In this document: positions 54,866 through 64,000 of the stretch, one piece after another | How the letters are laid out: every line of letters begins with the position of its first letter | How positions within the stretch are numbered: position 1 is the stretch's first letter | Assembly (NCBI RefSeq): GCF_009914755.1 | Contig: NC_060931.1 | DNA from: the human T2T-CHM13v2.0 reference genome, Homo sapiens | Strand: one strand, 5' to 3' | DNA length: 64,000 nucleotides | Made by a program: the position numbers and the translations under genes | Notes under the pieces: generated by a model | Databases searched by the model: none | What the model was told of the DNA's origin: nothing | What the model saw: the letters and a program-made list of their open reading frames with translations, nothing else

Positions 54866-55400
54866 AAAATATGTTCTCAGAGATCATTCTGAGGGACCTA
54901 TGGAAGGACTATAGAGAAAAATATCACCCCTCAGTGATGGTGGACAGGTATCACAGGTTGCATAAATGCATCTAAAACTTGGATCTTTTTGGCCTCAGCT
55001 GGTGAAATCACCTCCCTCACTCCTGCTGTCTATTACCTATTGAATCACTGCCCACTCATCAGTAGGAAGAGTGGACAAAATGGCCCTGCTTCATGGAGAA
55101 TAAGAGTTCCCTCTCCACCCAAATAGAGAGGCTTGCTGGTAGAATGGTGCTTAGATCTTTTACTCCCCATTAGCTATGTATCTCTGTTGAACACAATATC
55201 CCTGCTTAACCTGTGCATGACATAAAAAGCCCACCATCCATCTCTCCTCTTGCACATATTTTTCCATACTGTTAAGATAAGGTAAATAGGAAGAATCATG
55301 TACAAACTGTAGTGGTTCCGAATATTTATTTCTTCTAAATACAAGATTATTTTTCTTTCAAATATCAGCTGCTGTAAATATGGGATAGCTCCTATGTACT

Positions 55401-55452
55401 TATGTTTTTATTAGTAGTAGTATGTTTATATTATTAGTAGTATGTTTTTATT
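55401..55452. repeat. 20-bp tandem repeat, ~2.6 copies
   Basis: tatgtttttattagtagtag tatgtttatattattagtag tatgtttttatt. Confidence 0.85.
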
Positions 55453-56904
55453 TTCCCTACTGAAAACTGTCTGAGAAATAAATAATTCAAAAGTTGAATT
55501 TCTAGGGGCAACTCAGTTACCGTTGCTTTGGAAACTAGTTCTGTGAATATCTATGAACTCAATTAATATTGAACCAACATTTTTTAAATATCAAAAATAA
55601 CTCTTATTTTCCAGGCACTTTTCACTCTTTCATTGTTGATTGGACAAGGCTATTCAAATTGCACAGAAAATGATCTTATCAATAGTAACATCTAACCTGC
55701 ACTTTCTGCTACAGGAATTATGGAAAAGATATAGAATTAGGATCTTTGTGTTGAGTCAAGGATGTTTGGAGTTAAATCCTGGGTTCCTTCATGACATTAT
55801 GAATCTGAGTCTCTTTTTACTAAAGGAGAGGTTGCTTTGTGATTCTCTGAAAAATTCATTTAGGAAAATTCAATTAGATATTTACATGTATAAATGCAAT
55901 TAATAAATAGTAGCAATGTGTTTAAAATAGTCAAGATAAGTTTGCATATGCTACTACTCTGTCCTACCATAATTATACAATTAATAATGATTACTATTAT
56001 TTAAGAAGAAAACCACAAATAAATAAATAAATATCAAAGTTATCCCTTCAGGACATCTCTCCTTAGTGATATGCTTTTAACAGTAGAAAACACAAATAAT
56101 AGAATCTTGGTTTTGGAAGAAATTTTGGATATCCTTGAAGAATAGAGATGAGAGAACCACATCTTGATGAAGATAAAAATGAACGATGATGCAATGGTGC
56201 GAGAACTATGAACTGGGACTATTTAGTCAGATGGGAGGTGTGGAAGGTGCTGCCAAAGGCAATCACAAAGCTGTTCCAGAAACAAAATGTATGCCTAATG
56301 GAAAAAGCTAATGGCCCAGGCATTTTCTAAAGCTACATCCTGCTAAAAATCAGCGCATCTGGTAAATGGTTGACTTGTGTTCAAGACAATTTCATTTTTC
56401 AAATTTTAGAGACAGCAATAAATTCAGTTACGAAGACTGCAGAGGGTTGATGAAGAGAAACTGACAGAAACCTTGGGAACATGACATTTTAGAATGTTTA
56501 ACAGTCAAAAAAGCTTGTATTGGGCATAGGCATTAAGGTCACTAGTGTTTGAAAAAGTTAACAGTCAAAAACTCCAAAGAAACTAGACTGGCCCCCCTAC
56601 AGTCACTCATGATGGATTAAGGAGAGTAGGAAGGAGTAGGAACACTGTTACAAAAGAATCCCTTCAGAGGGAGAACAGAGAGAGAAGAACCTGAAGTCAT
56701 CGGTGTCTACATAGGGAGGTCTGTGCTGAATTCATCCTTTTGTTTTTTATTTTAAAGGTCAAGAAGGCTGAGATCTGTAGATATCATATGAGTAGACCAG
56801 AAATCCTTCAGAATGAATTAAAGATTGGGGAAAAAACTGAGAAGTTAAAGAGAACTTTTTAGGTGTACTCAGATAAAAAGACATTGCAGAAAAAGTAGGA
56901 TAGA

Positions 56905-57130
56905 CTTCATGATCAGAAGAACAGACTGGAATCCTGATTTGCTCATGAATAGCTGGGAATTTTGTTACCTAACCAATTTGACCCTTATTCCTCACCTATG
57001 AAATGGTTACCGCACCCCAAAATTTCTAGTAAGAATGAAATAAAATTGGAAAAATATTTAGCCCAATGGTTGATAGTTGATACATAATTAGTTCTATTTT
57101 AAAAGCATTAACTACCATCAATATTATTAT
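56905..57130 (+). mobile_element. MIR SINE
   Basis: ggaatcctgattt...gttacctaacc...ttcctcacctatgaaatgg. Confidence 0.65.
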
Positions 57131-58259
57131 TAATAATAATATAGACCCAATTCCTGGAGCTTATAACATGATAATGGGAGAAAAATTGAATTCCCATTTT
57201 ATTCTCTATAATGTTATCTGTCACTTAAAATTTTGTTTCATTTGTGTGTCTGCATACATGATAAGCATTATTTCTTTCAACATTTAAGACTGTGGTGAAC
57301 ATATTGATTAAAATTGAGGTAGGAATAAAGATTTTGGCATTCCTTCAGATTGATATCGAATCAGTAATTAATCTACATGTTTAGGTGTGATATAACAAAT
57401 TGGGAATTAATCTGGCCACATTATTATTACATTCATATTTGATCATATTGTCCATATGAATATCTAGGCAGTCAAATTAACTTAATATTAATATATTCTA
57501 TATGTAATATAGGAAGTATTCAACAAATGTTTGATGAATAAATAATGAATTAGGAACTAGAAAGAACTTGAGAAAATAAAGAGAAGTGATTATTAGGTGG
57601 TGAATGGGGTAATATTAGTTTCTCTTTTATTTCTTTTATTGTTGTTATAGTACTATTTTCTATATTATATAAAGAACACTTTAAAATAACTACAAAAAGA
57701 TAGCAAGATGTACTTGGTACATAATGTTTCCCTGATTTTCTGTTTTGATAACTTGATCAAAAGAGGAAGCAAGTCTAATTTGCTGTAACTTGTATTTTAT
57801 GGCTTCTGATCACTACCGCATTCTACTTGAAGTGTTCACAAGTTATCTGTTCAATTACCTATGCTGAGTGCCTCCCAAATTTGATGGCAAGCAGGTTGGT
57901 CTAAATTGATGGTTTCCACCTTTTTTTCTTTTTTGACTGTTGAGAAAGTATTTACCTATAAATTTAAACTATCCTGTTGAAGGAATAACGTGACTAATAA
58001 AGATACACTATTTATGGGGATAAAATATGTAGAGTTTGAAATGTAAATTTGTTGTTATTGTTCTTGCAAAAGAGCCTAGACTGATTCCAAATTCATTTGA
58101 GAATTATTCATTTGATATCATGTAATAATGCTTCCTATTGTGTGGTACTAAATTTAAACTGAAAGTACAAATTGAGAGACTAAATATGCTCTTTTATCGC
58201 TTGTGATACAAGTTTTGCTTCTAAGGAGCTCTAACTTGTTGACAAAGCCAATGAATTAT

Positions 58260-58900
58260 GTTATTCATTCATTCAGTAAATATTTACTGCATAAATTTTA
58301 TCTACAACGTGCTGTGGGGTGAACTGAAATTAAATGAAATTTATTTACTTAATAAATGTGTGATACAGTAAGAGAATAAGAGATGTGCAAACTCCTATAG
58401 TAGTAAGTTTACAAGAAGTATTGGTGGTGAGCCAGAGATGTAGCGGAGAAGGTGGCATTTCACAGATCCTTAAAGAAATGATAAAATATGTAGATGGAGA
58501 AGAAACTGGTGATGGGGATGGGATGGGGTGCTTAGTCAAAGCAGAAAAAAACTTCATAAGCAATGTTAGAGAGATCGTAAGAATCAGGTACTTATGGGGA
58601 GTAAGGAATATTTCCACTAAGGATGAGTTTTTTACAAAGGATGTAATGAAGGACAAACCTAAAGGCAGCTATTTGGATCAGATTATGAGGAGCAATAAAT
58701 TCTAGGCTAAGAAAATTGATTTATTCTATAGGAAATAGGGAAATCATTGTGGTTTTTACATGGAGAAGTATATTGTCATAATAACATTTCAGGGAAAGTT
58801 TTCCAGTAGTGATGTTTTCAATATATTTAAGAGAAAGAGTTTGAGATGGGTAATTATTAAAAGCGTCTAAGTGAGTAATAATAAAGGATAATCTAGACTG
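58260..58900 (-). mobile_element. L2 fragment
   Basis: attcattcattcagtaaatatttactg (antisense L2 tail); gatttattctataggaaatagggaaatcattg. Confidence 0.65.
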
Positions 58901-59199
58901 GTGACATGCTTTATTTTATTAATATATCTGCATACTTAATACAATGTTTTGCATTACAAACAAATAAAAAAAAATTTATTCAGTATCTCCTTACTTAAAA
59001 CCCAGGCAAGATGTCATATTAAAGGTTAATTATGGTGACAATAAAATTAAAAATAATTGTATCATTACTGACATGATATTCAATTCATGGGTATAAAATA
59101 AAATATAAGACAACTAAAAATCTCATAGTGTTTTATAAGCAAGTAGATATAAATAAAAAAGTAATCTAAGGAAAACAGATTTCTGCCAAAATGGAAAAT

Positions 59200-59675
59200 T
59201 GTCTTAGGAACTGCTAATTGTCACCTGAGAATCTTTCCTCCCTTTCCATTTTAGTAATAAAACCCCCAAATTTATCAAGGCATGCGTTCCCCAGAATCAA
59301 AGTTATACTTCCCAGCTTTCCTTGTAGCCAGATGATGTCATGCCATTAAAGTCTGGTGAATGAGATTTAGCAAAAGTGTCCTGTGTGACTTCTAGAAAAC
59401 ATCCTTAAAGGGAAGGAGTGTGCTCTGCCACTTCTCTTCCTGCCAGCTGGACTGTGGACCTCATGGCTGGAACCTAAGCAGCCACCTTGCACTGAAGATA
59501 AAAGCCAGGTATTGAAGACGGCAAAGCAAAAATCCAAGAGGAGTCTGGATCTCTGATGATCATGGAGTCATCATAGTACTCGTGGAGAATACAAATCAGA
59601 TAAATAAAAAAAAATGAATCTTGTTTAAATCACTGTTGTTTTGGTTTTCCATCACTTGCAGCCAAACCTGATCTT
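59200..59675 (+). mobile_element. MLT1J-like MaLR LTR
   Basis: ttcccagctttccttgtagccag, atggctggaacctaagcagccaccttg, tcttgtttaaatcactg...cacttgcagccaaac. Confidence 0.8.
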
Positions 59676-61731
59676 TAGAATTTAATATTGTTCTAGCACT
59701 TTATTGTCAAATGCCATGAGAACTGAAGGAACCCAGAATGTGAGATATGGTTTCAGGGTAGGCTTTACTATAAAACTGCTGTAGGGAGATACTGGGTAGG
59801 ATCTGAGCGGAACAAAAAGAGAACAAAAAGGAAGAGAATTTGCTTGGTACAAATGTGTAAATCCAAGCCTATATTTTTGACATCTTTAGTATTACAGATA
59901 TATTGCTTCTCCTGCTGATCAAGTTGGTGTAGGTAATAAATCATAAATCTGAGTATACAATAAAATCTAGACATGTTGTTATACCTGTTCTACAAGGTGT
60001 CACTGCTACCTAGAAGCAGCCTTGGATGTGGAAGAGGATTATTCTCCTGGTACCTGGTAAATTGGCCTGAGATTATAGAAGAGGCCTCTCTCTGTTGTAA
60101 CTGTCATTCAGGAGGGTTTGGTGAGAAGGGAATAGAAAAGCATAAGAGCAATTAATTAAGAAGTAGATTTTTATTTAAATTGAACTTTCAGTCAATTTAC
60201 AGATACATAAATGGGCATTTGTCATATAAGGCACTCAAAGATACGTTTATTTGTTACTCTAAAACACCTAAACCAGAGGATGAACTAATTAAGTATTTCT
60301 TAAATTGAGGAAAATGTCTTACACAGGCTTAATCAAAGCATAGCAGACTGAAGGAGGGAGCTTGTGCCTGGTCATTAGGGGCTCTTGGGCCAGGAGAGGA
60401 AGTAGAACCATTGTCATGGGACAGTAACTTGGGCTTTTTAAGTAGCAAGTAAAGATCGTCAGAGAGGCTCAACATAGACAGAAAGAGTCTGCTTCAGCAA
60501 AGACATGGAATGTAGAGCCAGGGACAGGGAGAAGTTTGGGCAGAAATCTTTTATCAGGGAGGTTCGTAAGGGAGTAAGGTGTCCTGGCAGGTGAACTCTG
60601 CAGAGCTCAAGAAGTCTAGAAACAAGCTGTGAGGAGGGCTGGCTGGCAGGTGGATTGGCAACATGTGGTGTTAGTCTAACTAGAGGGACTCCAGCTTAGG
60701 CCTCAGTAAGAACAGCTGGAGAATGTCAGGACAAATAACAAACTGAACTTAGATTTGGAAAACAAAATGGAGGCTTGGTGATGAGGAAGGATGTAAAAGA
60801 CTGGCTATTCAGACCAGGTATAAAGAACAAGGTTAGAGGGGCCTTAGAGCAATATTTCCCTTGGATAAATAAGGTAACTGGATCCTGAGCTACTGAACTA
60901 TGTAGGGATGCAGGGGTCCTTTTATTCTTGGGTCTAGAAGGATGTTGAGATCGTGAATGGGGTCCAATTGGCCTCACATCCAGAACCTAGAAGGCTTTAG
61001 CGAGAGGCAGGCAGCTAATCACATACTGAACAAAAAGGATTCAAGTGCAACCAGGAAAGAGTTGCTCACTCAAACCCATTCTGTGAGGCTGGTTCGACTC
61101 TGGCTTTAAATGCATTTTAGAACAAATACTGTTGACTTTTCTGGTCACTCTCAGAATAACCTCTGGTCATTTTAGTTTCCTAAGTCACAGTTCTAATATT
61201 AAAATGACCAATCCCCATGTAATTGTAAAAACTTCCAATTACATCTATATCAACTCTTCTCTCTTCCTTAGCTTGAACCTGTTCAAGGGAGGATCATCTT
61301 CTTCTCCATTTTCATGTTTTATGCTTGTATCTCTCTTCTCCCAGCTAGCTAACCCATGGTTTCCATTCAAGGTGAGGCTGCTGGGGTTTGGGGAAAAGAT
61401 GAGGGAAGGGAAAATGTTTTCCTTGTCAGACAATGACATAGAGAACTGTAGCTGATGTCCTCTGGGCGTGGTAGGTGTTTAAAGCTCTATTTCTCTTTTG
61501 AGATGCTTTTTAAGGTTCTTTGGAGATAAGCACATTGCTGAGGATCATTTATTCAAAGTTCCTGTGGTGCAGGGCAGTGCATATCCTCAGCTCCTAAACA
61601 TCCACTTTACACTTCCTGCTCCTCTCTTCTCTAGTTTGATCATGTCTCCAGGCAATCTTCTTGAAGATCAATGTTACTCAACCTGCTTCTCCTTTCCTCA
61701 CTCCTTCTCTTATCTACTAGATGAGAGACTC

Positions 61732-62113
<382 letters not shown>

Positions 62114-62239
62114 TAGTTCCTTTATCCAGTCACAGTCAGTCGGCTACTCTTGAATTTGTTTGGCCTGAGTGTGTCCTGTACTTTCCAAGCAGCAAAGGAC
62201 ATGCAAAGCTCTTGGTATAGTTGTTGTTATTGTTCTGCT

Positions 62240-62378
62240 GCTTCTTCCTCTTCCTCCTTTATCTCTCCTCCTCTTCCTTCTTCTTTTTCTTCCTTCTCCA
62301 TCTTCTTCTCCCTCTCCTTCTCTTCCTCCTCCTCCTTCTTCTTCCTTTTCTTCCTCTTCTTCTTTTTTTTTTTTTTTC
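62240..62378. repeat. (TCC/TTC)n pyrimidine tract plus poly-T
   Basis: ~140 bp of almost pure C/T. Confidence 0.93.
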
Positions 62379-63036
62379 TGATGCCTATTTTACTGGGTAG
62401 AATAAGGGGGTGGGAGGTAGAGGACTCACAATTCTCTGATAGTTCTTGCCATAAAACCTCTTTTAATCTCCATTTCTGCCCTTTTGTAACTTCAGTGTGG
62501 GTGAATTCCTACAGAAAACTAGCTTTTGACCATGTTCTTTGCAAGCCTCATCTAGTAATTGCACATCTCATTTTGAAGCATGGAGTAGTTTGCACATACC
62601 TGTTAAGGACTCAGCCAAAGCTAAGGCTTAAGTGCTTTAATTTCAACATTCAATCATAATCACACTCATCTACATTCTTTTTAAAATTCAGATTTCACCA
62701 TGTTCTGATATTCCTTGTTGAATTTTTTCTTATAATCGTTCTCATTTGCTTATAGTAACAAGCTTCATTATCAAAAATGATGCCACCCACTGACCATGAT
62801 AGGACAGCACAGTGAGGTGTTTGTCAAGACTCCTCTCCACCCCCATGTACTCACACAGCATCCCTTACAGCCAAAGATGACTTTAAATTTCAGGGAGCTA
62901 TCCTTTGCTATAGCAGACTTGCCAACTATTCCTAAAGTATGTCTTTCGTTACTAATTTTCACAAGGAGATTTTTATTTTTTCTCCAAGTTCTTCTTGAGC
63001 CAGGTATTTCAGTAAACAATCACTTTCAAAGAATTA

Positions 63037-63350
63037 GACCGGATGTGGTGACTCAGGCCTGTAATCCCAGCACTTTGGGTGGCTGAGGGAGATGGATCAC
63101 TTGAGATCAAGAGTTCGAGACCATCCTGGCCAACGTAGTGAAACCCATTCTCTACTAAAAATACAGAACTTAGCTGGGCGTTGAGGCAGGCACCTGTAAT
63201 CCCAGCTAATCAGGAGGCTGGGTCAGGAGAATTGCTTGAACCTGGGAGGCAGAGATTGCAGTGAGCCGAGATTACACCATTGCGCACTAGCCTGAGTGAC
63301 ACGGTGAGATGCTGTCTCAAAAAAAAAAAAAAGAAAGAAAGAAAAGAAAA
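63037..63350 (+). mobile_element. AluS (Sz/Sx-like), diverged
   Basis: Full dimer with A/GAAA tail. Confidence 0.94.
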
Positions 63351-64000
63351 TCACTTTAATATGTTACATTTTACCTCTGAACAAGAATAGTGGGTGTTGC
63401 ACTTAGATAATTAGACAACATTCCAAATTTCCATTGGCTGACTTTCAGGAAATTTGCTTAGAGTATTTGGGGTGTGTTTGTTTTTACCCTGCCCTTTTTG
63501 TATCACAGCCATTGTTTTTTTTTCCCAATTAATTTGGTTCATCTGCAAAAGTTTTTCCATGCCATGTCCAAGTTAATAACAAAGTCATTAAAGATACTCT
63601 GCATGGCTAGAGACAATTTAAGGGATGTAACAAGTAGAAAATTTTTCTGGAAAATTGAACTTTCTATTTTGGTTTAATGAGTGTATGGTAATGATTTAGC
63701 TTTGCTATAAGCCCAGCTTTCAGAAAACAATAGAATAAAATATTTTAAATTTCTAAATAAATTGTCCTTTTGCATTCAGGATAAAAACATTGAAATTTTA
63801 GAAGTCAGTATTTAATTGATGGGCCCGACTGAGAGCTTGACTCTCTCCTACTTTTGATATTTGAGTATCACCTCATTTCAGACACTAATAAAAACATCTA
63901 CTCTGATACTTTGTTGGACAGAGAGAAAGAGAATAAGAGGTCTGCAGCATCACTACCAGATATAAATTGGTTGGTAATTTAGCAATAACACTTCTTTATT

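Noticed and set aside
56758-56893. Acceptor ttttttattttaaag followed by a short open frame
   Set aside because: In-frame stop, weak donor, no recognised peptide.
62150-62659. Longest ORF (169 aa)
   Set aside because: Open because of the C/T simple repeat (poly S/F); non-ATG start.

Overview
This is primate, very probably human or ape, nuclear DNA: AT-rich, CpG-depleted, with no CpG island. I recognise no protein-coding exon, so the window looks intronic or intergenic, and I could not identify the locus. It is dominated by interspersed repeats: 10 Alu-family elements (including an AluYe-type copy and a fossil FAM monomer), an L1PA7-type 3' end, older L1M, L2 and MIR, MaLR/ERVL LTRs, and MER5/MER2/MADE1 DNA-transposon relics. 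Repeat-poor unique blocks lie between them. The supplied ORFs are best explained as chance or repeat-derived. The most notable observations are: (1) an apparent gene-conversion tract between two Alus 2050 bp apart; (2) three + strand exon-like segments that could belong to a spliced non-coding transcript; (3) an unexplained ~50-nt hairpin; (4) a miniature MER2 nested in a MER5B; (5) a half MADE1 whose break junction was tandemly duplicated; (6) several enhancer-like motif clusters. I found no convincing novel gene system. Repeat families were assigned by eye from remembered consensus sequences, and the boundaries of old repeats are approximate.
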